A DNA stretch of 64,000 nucleotides from an uncultured Candidatus Saccharibacteria bacterium (GCA_964482335.1 CAYZXA010000001.1:24983-88982), one strand, 5' to 3'. Shown: positions 1 to 9,360, counted from the stretch's first letter. A program made the numbers and translations. The notes: generated from the letters alone by a model not told the origin.

Positions 1-227
1 CCGATATTTTATCTAATGCCGGGGGCGTAATTGCTTCCTATTTTGAATGGTTACAGTCAAAAGAAAAAAAACGATGGCAGAAAAAAGAAGTACTAGATAA
101 ATTATCTAAAATTTTAGAGAAAGCTTTCGACGAAGTTTGGAATTTATCTAAAAAAGAAAACATAAATTTAAGGAAGGCAGCCCATCTTTTGGCTGTAGAT
201 AGGGTGATCAAGGCAATGACAAAATAA
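1..227 (+). CDS. Glu/Leu/Phe/Val-type amino-acid dehydrogenase, C-terminal fragment (5' end outside window)
   Basis: Frame 3 reads DILSNAGGVIASYFEWLQSKEKK...LRKAAHLLAVDRVIKAMTK*, which resembles the conserved C-terminal tail of GDH-family enzymes. Stop TAA at 225-227. Confidence 0.6.
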   Translation, partial: DILSNAGGVIASYFEWLQSKEKKRWQKKEVLDKLSKILEKAFDEVWNLSKKENINLRKAAHLLAVDRVIKAMTK

Positions 228-228
228 T

Positions 229-549
229 ATGTCAGAATTAACTTTAACTGATCAAAATTTTGAAACTGAGGTTATAAAAAGCAATCAGCTGGTTTTGGTT
301 GATTTTTGGAGTCCAACTTGCCCTCCTTGTTTAATCTTGGGACCAATTATTGAAGAGATTGCCAAGGACTTTGAAGGTAGAGTAAAAGTTGGGAAATTAA
401 ATGTTTTTGAGAGTCAAGAAACTGCCAGAAATTACCAAATTATGAGCGTGCCAACTCTGATTATTTTTAAAGATGGAAAACCAATAGAAAGAGCAACTGG
501 ATTGCGACCTAAGCAAGTTTTAGTTGACAAGCTTAACTCTTTGCTTTAA
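229..549 (+). CDS. trxA: thioredoxin (atypical CPPC active site)
   Basis: 106 aa thioredoxin fold: VLVDFWSPTCPPC...MSVPTLIIFKDGK. Typical length and cis-Pro motif. Confidence 0.85.
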   Translation: MSELTLTDQNFETEVIKSNQLVLVDFWSPTCPPCLILGPIIEEIAKDFEGRVKVGKLNVFESQETARNYQIMSVPTLIIFKDGKPIERATGLRPKQVLVDKLNSLL

Positions 550-554
550 TTTTC

Positions 555-1193
555 ATGAAAATTACTATTGTTTATGACAATACTGTTTTCAAAGAAGGCC
601 TGAAGGCCGATTGGGGCTTTGCTGCGTTGGTTGAACAGAAAGATACTCCTAAGATTTTATTTGATACTGGGGCTAATGGAGGAATTTTGCTTGGCAATAT
701 GGAAAAACTGGGAGTTAAGCCCATATCAATTGATGAAGTTTTTATTTCCCATCCTCATTTTGATCATACTGGAGGACTTTCTGAATTTTTGAAGGTAAAT
801 AAGAAAGCTAAAATTTACGTTCCATCCTCTCTTCATGGAATAAAAGATAGAGAAGTTGTTGTGGTAGAAAAAGCTACCAAAATTCATGAAAATGTATTTT
901 CTACTGGAGAGCTGGAAGGAATAGAACAAAGTATGGGGGTCGAAACCGAAAAAGGTATTGTTTTAATTGTTGGTTGCTCTCATCCGTATATGGGTCATAT
1001 TTTGGATGCAATTAAACAGTTCGGTAAGCTCTACGCAATTATCGGTGGAATGCACGGTTTCAGTGAATTTGAATTATTTCGAGATTTAGAATTAATTTGT
1101 CCTACTCACTGTACCCAGCATAAAGCAGAGCTTAAAAAACTCTATCCTCAAAAATACATTGAAGGAGGAGCAGGAAAGATAATTGAGATATAA
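555..1193 (+). CDS. MBL-fold metallo-hydrolase
   Basis: HPHFDHTGG metal-binding motif (HxHxDH) and a COG1237-like N-terminus, MKITIVYDN...WGFA. Confidence 0.7.
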   Translation: MKITIVYDNTVFKEGLKADWGFAALVEQKDTPKILFDTGANGGILLGNMEKLGVKPISIDEVFISHPHFDHTGGLSEFLKVNKKAKIYVPSSLHGIKDREVVVVEKATKIHENVFSTGELEGIEQSMGVETEKGIVLIVGCSHPYMGHILDAIKQFGKLYAIIGGMHGFSEFELFRDLELICPTHCTQHKAELKKLYPQKYIEGGAGKIIEI

Positions 1194-1199
1194 TTAAAA

Positions 1200-1739
1200 A
1201 TGGAAAACAATATAGAAAATTGCATAGGGGGGGTTTTAAAAAGAATTGGTATTAAGAAAGACCAGGTTGTTTTAGATTTTGGATGTGGAGAAGGGGACTA
1301 TACTATTCCTGTTGCAAAGATAATCGGAAATAAAGGAAAAGTGTATGCTGTAGATAAAGATGAACATAAATTAAAACAGTTAATAGAGAGAGCTAAATCA
1401 GTTGGTCTTCAGAACATAAAGTCAAGAAAGACCTCTGGGGAATTAAAGTTTGGATTTGAAGGTGACAGTTTTGATGTGGTTTTGCTCTATGATATTTTTT
1501 GGTATTTTTCATTGCAAACTTCCGAGTTATCGAAACTATTGAAAGAGGTTTATAGAATTTCAAAACCAGGGGCTTTAATTTCGGTTTTTCCTGAACATGT
1601 TGATATAGAAAGACTCAAACAAGAAATAGAGAGATTTGGTTTTCGTCTCGAAAACAGATTTCGAGGAGAAGTTGTCCATGAAAATAAATTAGTAAAGGGT
1701 CAAATATTAAATTTTAGAAAAAAGGAAAATGAGAGCTGA
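1200..1739 (+). CDS. class I SAM-dependent methyltransferase
   Basis: SAM-binding motif I VLDFGCGEGDY, followed by the acidic loop VYAVDKD. Confidence 0.7.
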   Translation: MENNIENCIGGVLKRIGIKKDQVVLDFGCGEGDYTIPVAKIIGNKGKVYAVDKDEHKLKQLIERAKSVGLQNIKSRKTSGELKFGFEGDSFDVVLLYDIFWYFSLQTSELSKLLKEVYRISKPGALISVFPEHVDIERLKQEIERFGFRLENRFRGEVVHENKLVKGQILNFRKKENES

Positions 1740-1811
1740 AAGTTTGAATCAACCGAGTTCTTTATTTGTAGGTTTGGCTTGGAGAATAATTTCTAATTTT
1801 AGTTTAAAAAT

Positions 1812-2405
1812 ATGGAAGATTTAGAAAAAATAGAAAAAGAGCTTGAAAAAATCAAAGAGGAGGTTATAAATTGTAAGAAGTGTTCGTTATATAAAGAAAG
1901 GCATTTGCCGGTTATCGGAGAGGGGAGCCACCAGGCAAAAATAATGTTTGTTGGGGAAGCACCGGGACTCAACGAAGCTCAGACTGGACGACCCTTCTGT
2001 GGGGCGGCCGGTAAAATTTTAGATGAGTTATTAGATTCTATAAAAATCAAAAGAGAAGAGATTTATATCACCAATATTTTAAAAGATAGACCGTCTGGAA
2101 ATCGTAACCCAAAGAAAGAAGAAATAGAGGCCTGCACTCCTTATTTAGAAAGACAAATTGAAATCATTAAACCCGAAGTAATTTGTACCCTAGGAAATTA
2201 TTCAACTGCTTTTATTATGGAAAAACACGGATTAAAAAATCAAATCCAGGGTATTAGCAAAATCCACGGGAAAGTTTTTGAAGTAAAAAATCTTTTTCAA
2301 AAAATGAAAATTATTCCTTTATATCATCCGGCCGTAGCCACTTACAATATAAATATGAAAGAAATTCTTAAAAAAGATTTTAAGATTTTAGAGAAATTTA
2401 AATGA
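1812..2405 (+). CDS. uracil-DNA glycosylase, family 4
   Basis: CxxC near the N-terminus, the GEAPG motif and the late HPA motif (LYHPAVATYN) typical of family 4 UDG. Confidence 0.8.
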   Translation: MEDLEKIEKELEKIKEEVINCKKCSLYKERHLPVIGEGSHQAKIMFVGEAPGLNEAQTGRPFCGAAGKILDELLDSIKIKREEIYITNILKDRPSGNRNPKKEEIEACTPYLERQIEIIKPEVICTLGNYSTAFIMEKHGLKNQIQGISKIHGKVFEVKNLFQKMKIIPLYHPAVATYNINMKEILKKDFKILEKFK

Positions 2406-2845
2406 ACTCTTTAGAGAAATATTGGGGAAAAAGGAAATTTAAGAAAACTTCTGAGCCAAAGGGAAAAGTTTTGAAAACTGAAAAGCAAAGATTTGTAGTC
2501 CAGGAACACTGGGCAAGCCATCATCATTTTGATTTCAGATTAGAAATGGAAGAAGTTTTAAAATCTTCGGCAGTGCCAAAGGGAGTACCAAAGAAAACAG
2601 GAATGAGAAGATTGGCAATGCAAACCGAAGACCATCCCATAGATTATATTAATTTTGAAGGAAAGATTCCCGAAGGTCTATATGGCGCAGGGAAGGTTAA
2701 AATTTTTGATAAAGGAAAATATGAGTTAATTGAAAATAATAAAAATAGAATTATTTTTAAGCTAAAAGGAAAAAAACTAAAAGGAATTTATAATTTAATA
2801 AAATTTAAAAAACCTAATCAATGGTTATTATTTAAAACTAAATAA
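2402..2845 (+). CDS. stand-alone LigD-type 3'-phosphoesterase domain protein
   Basis: RFVVQEHWASHHHFDFRLE signature of the DNA ligase D phosphoesterase domain. ATGA overlap with the UDG gene. Confidence 0.65.
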   Translation: MNSLEKYWGKRKFKKTSEPKGKVLKTEKQRFVVQEHWASHHHFDFRLEMEEVLKSSAVPKGVPKKTGMRRLAMQTEDHPIDYINFEGKIPEGLYGAGKVKIFDKGKYELIENNKNRIIFKLKGKKLKGIYNLIKFKKPNQWLLFKTK

Positions 2846-2859
2846 AATTCACCCTGTGT

Positions 2860-3549
2860 ATGGAAAATATAATTTTAAAAGTAAGAAATTTAAATGTTGA
2901 ATTGGCTGGAGAAAAGATCATTGAGAATTTAAACTTCGAAGTTAAGAAAAAGGAAACTTTAGTCATTTTAGGCCCAAACGGAGCGGGCAAGACTGTTTTA
3001 TTTAGGACTTTATTAGGCTTTCTGCCTTTTAAAGGAGAAATCCAATGGCAGCCAGAATTAAAAATTAGCTATGTTCCCACCGGACTTGCTTCGACCAAAG
3101 AGATTCCATTAACTATAAAAGAGTTTTTTGATTTAAAAGAAGTTACTCAAAAAGAAGCTATTAAAGTTTTAGAGACAGTTGGAATGACAAGTTCTAATAT
3201 TTTAGAAAAAAGAGTGGCTTTTCTTTCCTCAGGTCAATTTCAGCGACTTTTGGTGGCTTGGGGTCTGACCGGTAATCCTCAGGTTTTACTTTTTGATGAA
3301 CCCACGGCTGGAATTGATATTAAGGGTCAAGAATCTATTTATTTACTTTTAAATAAACTAAGAGATAAAAGAAAACTCACCATTTTATTAATTACACACG
3401 ATTTAAGTATTGTTTATAAACTTGCCGATTATGTTATTTGTTTAAATAAAAAGGCTTTATGTCAAGGTCCCGTCTTAGAAGTTTTAACTCCTCAACACCT
3501 GTCTCAACTTTATGGAGGGGAAATAAAGTTTTATCAACATAAACATTAA
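2860..3549 (+). CDS. metal (Zn/Mn-type) ABC transporter ATP-binding protein
   Basis: Walker A GPNGAGKT, signature LSSGQFQR and Walker B LLLFDEP. ZnuC-like size. Confidence 0.85.
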   Translation: MENIILKVRNLNVELAGEKIIENLNFEVKKKETLVILGPNGAGKTVLFRTLLGFLPFKGEIQWQPELKISYVPTGLASTKEIPLTIKEFFDLKEVTQKEAIKVLETVGMTSSNILEKRVAFLSSGQFQRLLVAWGLTGNPQVLLFDEPTAGIDIKGQESIYLLLNKLRDKRKLTILLITHDLSIVYKLADYVICLNKKALCQGPVLEVLTPQHLSQLYGGEIKFYQHKH

Positions 3550-3552
3550 TTA

Positions 3553-4320
3553 ATGGAAACTCAATTTATACTTAGTTTATTGGTGGGAATTTTTATTGGA
3601 GGGGCGGCGGGATATTTAGGATCCTTGATGGTTTCTAAGAGAATGGCTTTGGTGGGGGGAGCTTTGGGGCATTTAACCTTACCAGGAATTGCTTTGGCTC
3701 TCATTTATGGTTTTGATGTTTCTTTAGGAGCTTTACCTTTAGTAGTTTTGGGAATAATTTTGATATGGTTATTTGAAATTAGAACTAAATTACCAATGGA
3801 GGCCTTAACTGCCGTGGTTTTTGCTTTGGGAGTGGCCGTTGCCTTTTTGATTTTACCTTCAGAGAAAACTGTTACTGCTTTAATTGGTGATATTTCTCAA
3901 GTAGAGCTTTATGGGGCTATAATTTCTATAATTTTAGCTATAACTGTTTTTTTTGTAATTCGCAGAATTTTTTCAAAAATGGTTCTTTCCGGTATTTCTG
4001 AAGATTTAGCCAGAGTCCAGGGGGTAAATGTAAAAAAATATAATTTTATTTTTTTGATTTCAATTGCTGTCTTAGTTGCTTTAGGAGTGAAAATAGTTGG
4101 TGGTCTTTTAACTGCAGCACTCATCGCTATTCCCGCTTGTGCTGCTAGAAATGTTAGTCGAAATTTATTTCAATATTCCTACGGAGCATTGATTATTGGG
4201 GCAGTGAGCTGTATCTTTGGAATTTTACTTTCTAGATTGACTGGATTTTCAGTTGGTCCTTTGATTATTTTAACTGCTACTTTCTTTTTCTTAATCTCTT
4301 TAATATGGCAAAAAAAATAG
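3553..4320 (+). CDS. metal ABC transporter permease (ZnuB/ABC-3 family)
   Basis: Polytopic membrane protein directly after the ATPase, with ABC-3-like length and hydrophobic pattern. Confidence 0.8.
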   Translation: METQFILSLLVGIFIGGAAGYLGSLMVSKRMALVGGALGHLTLPGIALALIYGFDVSLGALPLVVLGIILIWLFEIRTKLPMEALTAVVFALGVAVAFLILPSEKTVTALIGDISQVELYGAIISIILAITVFFVIRRIFSKMVLSGISEDLARVQGVNVKKYNFIFLISIAVLVALGVKIVGGLLTAALIAIPACAARNVSRNLFQYSYGALIIGAVSCIFGILLSRLTGFSVGPLIILTATFFFLISLIWQKK

Positions 4321-5159
4321 TAATTGCATCGGGAAAGGGCGGAGTAGGGAAGTCAATGTTGACTTCGGCTTTGGCAATGCTTTTTACCAAAACCAAAAAG
4401 ATAGTGGCGGTGGATTGTGATGCTGACGCTCCGAACTTGGCAATTTGGCTAGGCGGAGTTAAAAAGTGGGATAAAATTTTACCAGTTTCTACTTTAGCTA
4501 AACCAGAAATTGATTATAAAAAATGTAATAGCTGTGGTTTATGTGTTAAGAATTGTCGTTTTGATGCTTTAAAAATGGTAAATGGCAAACCAAAGCTGAA
4601 CCCATTTTTATGTGAAGGTTGTGGAGCTTGTGAAGCAATTTGTCCTCAAAAAGCAATAAAATTAAAGCCAGTTCAGAATGGTGAGATCAAAGTTAAAAAA
4701 ACCAAATATGGTTTTCCTTTAGTCTCCGGAAACCTTCATCCAGGAGAAACAGGCTCTGGCAAGGTAGTCAGCGAAATTAAAAGAGAAGCAGAGAAATTCA
4801 AACATAATCTGATGATCATTGATTCAGCGCCAGGTACTGGTTGTCCAGTAATTGCCTCTTTGCAGGGAGCTGATTTTGCTATTTTAATTACTGAGCCTAC
4901 TCCCTCGGGATTTTCTGACTTAAAAAGAGTTTTAAAAGTAGTCAATCATTTTAATATTCCCTGGGGTCTAGTAATAAATAAATGGGATATTAATTCTCAA
5001 TTAAGCGGTAAAATGAAGAGATGGACCAAAAAGAAATTTTTGGGTAAAATATCTTATGATAAAGAAATATTTAAAGCTATCTCTAATTTAACTCCAATAA
5101 TAGAAACTGACTTAAAAGTTAAAGACGAGATTGAAAAGATTTTTAAAAAATTATGGTAA
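4305..5159 (+). CDS. MinD/ParA-family P-loop ATPase with inserted 2x[4Fe-4S] ferredoxin domain
   Basis: Deviant Walker A SGKGGVGKS plus CNSCGLCVKNC and CEGCGACEAICP cluster motifs (COG1149-like). Confidence 0.75.
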   Translation: MAKKIVIASGKGGVGKSMLTSALAMLFTKTKKIVAVDCDADAPNLAIWLGGVKKWDKILPVSTLAKPEIDYKKCNSCGLCVKNCRFDALKMVNGKPKLNPFLCEGCGACEAICPQKAIKLKPVQNGEIKVKKTKYGFPLVSGNLHPGETGSGKVVSEIKREAEKFKHNLMIIDSAPGTGCPVIASLQGADFAILITEPTPSGFSDLKRVLKVVNHFNIPWGLVINKWDINSQLSGKMKRWTKKKFLGKISYDKEIFKAISNLTPIIETDLKVKDEIEKIFKKLW

Positions 5160-5440
5160 GACCAGTTAAACAAAGACGAGTTCAATTTGACCCGAGCATT
5201 ATTTATTTTAAGCCCAGGGCAGTACCCCTTTCCAAATTAAAAGAGGTGGCTTTAGCAGCAGATGAATTAGAAGCTGTTAGGCTTTGTGACTTAAAAGATT
5301 TAAATCAGATGGAGGCTGCTAAAAAAATGAATATTTCTCAAAGCACTTTTCAAAGAACTCTCGCCTCAGCTCATAAAAAAATAGCTCAAGCTTTAATAGA
5401 AGGTAAAGCAATAAAAATAAGAAAAATAAGTAAATTATGA
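5153..5440 (+). CDS. DUF134 (UPF0251) putative DNA-binding protein
   Basis: MVRPVKQRRV...FKP start and a C-terminal HTH (MEAAKKMNISQSTFQRTL) typical of DUF134. Overlaps both neighbouring genes. Confidence 0.7.
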   Translation: MVRPVKQRRVQFDPSIIYFKPRAVPLSKLKEVALAADELEAVRLCDLKDLNQMEAAKKMNISQSTFQRTLASAHKKIAQALIEGKAIKIRKISKL

Positions 5441-6828
5441 AAAAGTGGATTCTTAGCATTTTTGTTTTAGGTTTGTTATTTTTTTCTTTTCAGAATGTTT
5501 TGGCTCAAGACAACTATTTTTGTGCGGCTTATTTTACTAAAATAGGCTGTCCGGTGTGTGCTGAGGCTGATCCTATTGTTTTAAGTCAGTTAACTGAGGA
5601 AAATCCAAATCTTATTATTATTGAATATGAATTTGTCTATCAGCCAGAGAATGTTCCAGTTATGACTGAATATTATTTAACTTATAACCTTCCTGGTTGG
5701 GTTCCTTTAATTCTTTTTGAAAATAAATATTCAGTTGGCATGTCAATTCCGGATGCCATAAGAGAAAAAATTGAAAAATCTGAATTCAATAAATGTTCTT
5801 TATCCGATGGCTCTGCCGTCAGTTTTAAAGATCTTAATTTTAATGAATTGCCAGGAAGTCCAAAAATTTGGGCCAATGGCAGAGTGCTCATAAAAACGAG
5901 CAAAGGAGCAGTAGCAAGTGAATTACTTAAAAAATCATTATTTAATGAAGATTTAAATAAAGTATTTGAAGGAATAGAGTTCAAAAAAATAGAACCAATC
6001 AGGGTTGCTATCTCCGAGGATTATATTGAGTTTGACAATGCCATTTCAATTGGGAATTGGATTTTTCAATGGAACGGACCTGAATTAGAAATTTTACCTT
6101 CAGAAGAAGGAACAACCACCACCACAGAAGAAACATCCTTAGTTGAACCCGAGCTAAAGCTTACTTTGGCTAAAATTTTATCTCTGGCCGCTGTAGATGC
6201 TATTAACCCCTGCGCCTTGGCTGTTTTAAGTTTGATGCTTATCGCCATCCTAACTTATAATCCTACCAAAAGAAGAAATGTTTTATTAGCTGGCCTAGCT
6301 TTTGTCTTCGCAGTTTTTCTACTTTATTTGATTTATGGATTAGTGATTATAAAATCATTTCAGCTTATCCAAGCCTTAACTTTTATTAGATTATGGCTTT
6401 ACAAAATTTTAGGAATTGGAGCTATTATTTTAGGATTTTTTAAACTAAAAGATTTTTTCTGGCACAAAGCTGTCTGCACAATTTCTCCAAGGGTTGATAA
6501 AATTATTGCTAAGGTAACTAGTTCTAAAGGAGCTTTTTTAGCAGGAGCTTTTGTAACCATATTTTTGCTTCCTTGCACAGTCGGGCCCTATATTATCTGT
6601 GGTGGAATCCTTTGTCCTTTGGGAATATTGAAATCCCTTCCTTGGCTGTTGCTTTACAATTTAATATTTATCTTGCCAATGCTGGCCGTTGTTTTGATAA
6701 TTTATTTAGGATTAGGAAAAATTGAAGATATTTCAAGTTGGCAGGCAAGGAATATAAAGTATTTACATTTAATTACCGGATTAACTGTGTTGGGATTAGG
6801 AATAGCCATGATTTTGGAATTAGTCTAA
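5437..6828 (+). CDS. fusion of an exported thioredoxin-like domain (CPVC) and a CcdA/DsbD-type thiol:disulfide transmembrane domain
   Basis: Signal peptide, CPVC motif, Thr-rich linker (TTTTEETS), then a polytopic domain with NPC and LPC cysteines as in CcdA/DsbD. Confidence 0.65.
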   Translation: MKKWILSIFVLGLLFFSFQNVLAQDNYFCAAYFTKIGCPVCAEADPIVLSQLTEENPNLIIIEYEFVYQPENVPVMTEYYLTYNLPGWVPLILFENKYSVGMSIPDAIREKIEKSEFNKCSLSDGSAVSFKDLNFNELPGSPKIWANGRVLIKTSKGAVASELLKKSLFNEDLNKVFEGIEFKKIEPIRVAISEDYIEFDNAISIGNWIFQWNGPELEILPSEEGTTTTTEETSLVEPELKLTLAKILSLAAVDAINPCALAVLSLMLIAILTYNPTKRRNVLLAGLAFVFAVFLLYLIYGLVIIKSFQLIQALTFIRLWLYKILGIGAIILGFFKLKDFFWHKAVCTISPRVDKIIAKVTSSKGAFLAGAFVTIFLLPCTVGPYIICGGILCPLGILKSLPWLLLYNLIFILPMLAVVLIIYLGLGKIEDISSWQARNIKYLHLITGLTVLGLGIAMILELV

Positions 6829-6850
6829 AAATTTAAATTGGTAAATTAAT

Positions 6851-7126
6851 ATGGTTAAATTTTTAGGTATTTTAGATATATTGGCAGCTGGCCTTTTGGT
6901 TGGTGCAGCTTATAATCTGGCTATTCCAACTGGTTTAGTTATTGGTTTTGCAGTTTATCTTTTTCTGAAGGCTTTGCTGTTCTTGCTTGATATCGGCAGC
7001 TTTTTTGATGTTGTCGCTGGTATTTTGCTTATCTTAAGCTTGTCTCTGGCTTTGCCTCAGATATTGCTGTTTGTCTTTGCTGCTTTGGTTGGCTTCAAGG
7101 GTATTTTAAGCTTGTTTGCCTCTTGA
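6851..7126 (+). CDS. small hydrophobic membrane protein, unknown function
   Basis: 91 aa with about three predicted TM helices and no recognisable motif. Confidence 0.4.
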   Translation: MVKFLGILDILAAGLLVGAAYNLAIPTGLVIGFAVYLFLKALLFLLDIGSFFDVVAGILLILSLSLALPQILLFVFAALVGFKGILSLFAS

Positions 7127-7218
7127 CTGGCCCTTATGCTTAAATTAAGGTAAAATAAGGGTGTGGAAAACTAAATTAAAGGTCGATTCTGAAAATTTGT
7201 AAATAAAATATTTTTACT

Positions 7219-7374
7219 ATGGAAGGTTATTGTGTTAAATGTAAAGCCAAAAGAGAAATACAAAACGCCAAAGAAGTAGCCATGAAGGGAAAGGGCGGAG
7301 TGAAAAGAAGGGCTATGACCGGCACCTGCCCAAAATGCGGCACCAAGATGTTCCGAATACTGGGCAAAGCCTAA
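7219..7374 (+). CDS. 51-aa zinc-ribbon protein (DUF5679-like), absent from the ORF track
   Basis: My translation: MEGYCVKCKAKREIQNAKEVAMKGKGGVKRRAMTGTCPKCGTKMFRILGKA*. Two CxxC pairs, followed by a perfect terminator. Confidence 0.5.
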   Translation: MEGYCVKCKAKREIQNAKEVAMKGKGGVKRRAMTGTCPKCGTKMFRILGKA

Positions 7375-7398
7375 TTCGAAGATTTCCGGAACTCTTTG

Positions 7399-7440
7399 AA
7401 ACTAAAATGAGTAAGGCTAGACCTTACTCATTTTAGTTTT
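7399..7440 (+). terminator. intrinsic terminator
   Basis: Perfect 18-bp inverted repeat, AAACTAAAATGAGTAAGG / CCTTACTCATTTTAGTTT, with a 5-nt loop and a T-rich tail. Confidence 0.7.
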
Positions 7441-7471
7441 AGGTTTAGCTTAATTTGGGTATAATAGTTTA

Positions 7472-8326
7472 ATGAAGAAAGCTTTTGTTGTTTTAGTAAT
7501 TTTGTTTGGTTTGAATATTTTAGCTTGGGTAGCAGTTTATGACTTAAGTCAATCTCAGTTGTTGGAGGTTGTTTTTTTTGATGTGGGGCAAGGGGACAGC
7601 ATTTTTATTGCAACTCCTCAAGGACACCAAATTCTAATTGATGGGGGACCAGATGAAACGGTTTTAGAAAATTTGGGCAAAGAGATGCCGTTCTGGGACA
7701 GAACCATTGATCTGATTATTCTTAGTCATCCCGAGCACGATCATATAAGTGGTTTGATCGAGGTGTTAAAGAGATATAAGGTAGAGAATATCTTATGGAC
7801 TGGAGTTTTAAGAGATACTTCTGAATACAGGCAATGGCAGGAATTAATAAAAGAAGAAAGAGCTCGAATAACAATAGCTCGAGCCGGCCAGCAGATTCAA
7901 GGCTCGGGGTCAAATCTTAAGCGCTGGGCTATAGAGGTTTTATTTCCTTTTGAAAGTCTTGAAGGCAAGGAAGTTAAAAATACCAACAATACTTCTGTTG
8001 TTGTTCGTTTGGTCTACGGCGACAACTCCTTTTTATTTACCGGCGATGCTTATAAATCAATAGAAAGACAGCTTTTGGAAACAGCGATTGATGCTGATGT
8101 CCTAAAGGTCGGGCATCATGGCAGTAAGACTTCAAGTGCTCAAGAATTCATTGAGAAAGTTTCTCCAGACATTGCTGTTATTCAATGTGGCAAAGATAAT
8201 CATTATGGGCATCCTTCTCAGGAAACTTTGGAGATTTTAGAAAAATATGGTATAAATATCTTTAGAACCGACTTAGATGGTGATATTAAAATATTATGCA
8301 ATTCCCAGTCTTTAATACTAAAGTAA
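7472..8326 (+). CDS. ComEC/Rec2-related MBL-fold domain protein (membrane anchored, lacks the competence channel domain)
   Basis: N-terminal TM helix, FFDVGQGDS, SHPEHDHISG and LKVGHHGSKTSS motifs of the ComEC C-terminal beta-lactamase-like domain. Confidence 0.7.
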   Translation: MKKAFVVLVILFGLNILAWVAVYDLSQSQLLEVVFFDVGQGDSIFIATPQGHQILIDGGPDETVLENLGKEMPFWDRTIDLIILSHPEHDHISGLIEVLKRYKVENILWTGVLRDTSEYRQWQELIKEERARITIARAGQQIQGSGSNLKRWAIEVLFPFESLEGKEVKNTNNTSVVVRLVYGDNSFLFTGDAYKSIERQLLETAIDADVLKVGHHGSKTSSAQEFIEKVSPDIAVIQCGKDNHYGHPSQETLEILEKYGINIFRTDLDGDIKILCNSQSLILK

Positions 8327-9360
8327 AAGGATTAAAAAAAACCTTTAACTTAAATAATCCCAGAGAAAGAAAGGAGTATTTTGAATTGAAGGCTGGCCAA
8401 GAAATCAAGAAATTAAGAAACTACTTTAAAAGAGGCAATACTTTTATTGCCTATCTCGTGGGTAAGAAGAATTCTGGCAAAGGGACTTATGCTAAGATGT
8501 TTGCTGAAATTGTTGGTCCTCAATACATAGAGCATTTTTCCATTGGCGATATGATCAGGAGGGTTGATGAAGAATTAAAGGATAAAAAGAAGAAGAAAGA
8601 GCTGTTTGTCTTTTTGGAGAAGAACTACCGAGGCAAGTTTTCAATTAAAGAAATACTTTCTCTTCTAGCGAAAAGAAACACTTCAGCTCCTCTATTGCCA
8701 ACTGAATTGATTTTAACTTTAATTGAAAGAGAAATTGCCGAAAAGAAAAAGAAAACTCTCTTTATTGACGGTTTTCCTCGAGACCTAGACCAGATGAATT
8801 TTACCTTGTTTTTCCGTAACTTAATTGGCTACCGGGAAGATGATGATATTTTCATTCTTTTTAATGTTCCAGAGAAAGTTATTGACGAGAGAATGAAATA
8901 TCGCAGAGTTTGTCCTCGCTGCCATACTTCAAGGAATTTGAAATTACTACCAACTTCTAAATTAGGCTACGATCAAAAGAAAAAGGAATTTTACTTACTC
9001 TGCGATAATCCCAACTGCCAAGAAGTAAAAATGCTTCCTAAAGAAGGAGATGAAAAGGGGATTAAATCAATTAGGGCAAGGTTAATGAAAGCTGATCAAT
9101 TAATAAATCAGGCAGCCTCTCTCTACGGCATCCCCAAGGTTTATTTAAAAAATTCAGTCCCTAAAAGTTTAGCTTCCAAATTAGTTGATAACTACGAGCT
9201 TACTCCAGAATATAGTTATAAATGGAATGGCAAAGAAGTAAAGATTATAGAGAAACCTTGGGTATTTCCAGACGATGAAGGTAAACCTTCCTACAGTTTA
9301 CTTGCTGCAGCAGTTGTTCTTTCTTTGATCAAACAAACAACTAAGGTATTGAACCTATAA
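8296..9360 (+). CDS. divergent, extended adenylate-kinase-like NMP kinase paralog
   Basis: P-loop GKKNSGKGTYAKMF, FIDGFPRDLDQ and a Cys4 LID (CPRC...CDNPNC), plus a C-terminal extension of about 100 aa. The start is uncertain. Confidence 0.55.
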   Translation: MQFPVFNTKVKGLKKTFNLNNPRERKEYFELKAGQEIKKLRNYFKRGNTFIAYLVGKKNSGKGTYAKMFAEIVGPQYIEHFSIGDMIRRVDEELKDKKKKKELFVFLEKNYRGKFSIKEILSLLAKRNTSAPLLPTELILTLIEREIAEKKKKTLFIDGFPRDLDQMNFTLFFRNLIGYREDDDIFILFNVPEKVIDERMKYRRVCPRCHTSRNLKLLPTSKLGYDQKKKEFYLLCDNPNCQEVKMLPKEGDEKGIKSIRARLMKADQLINQAASLYGIPKVYLKNSVPKSLASKLVDNYELTPEYSYKWNGKEVKIIEKPWVFPDDEGKPSYSLLAAAVVLSLIKQTTKVLNL

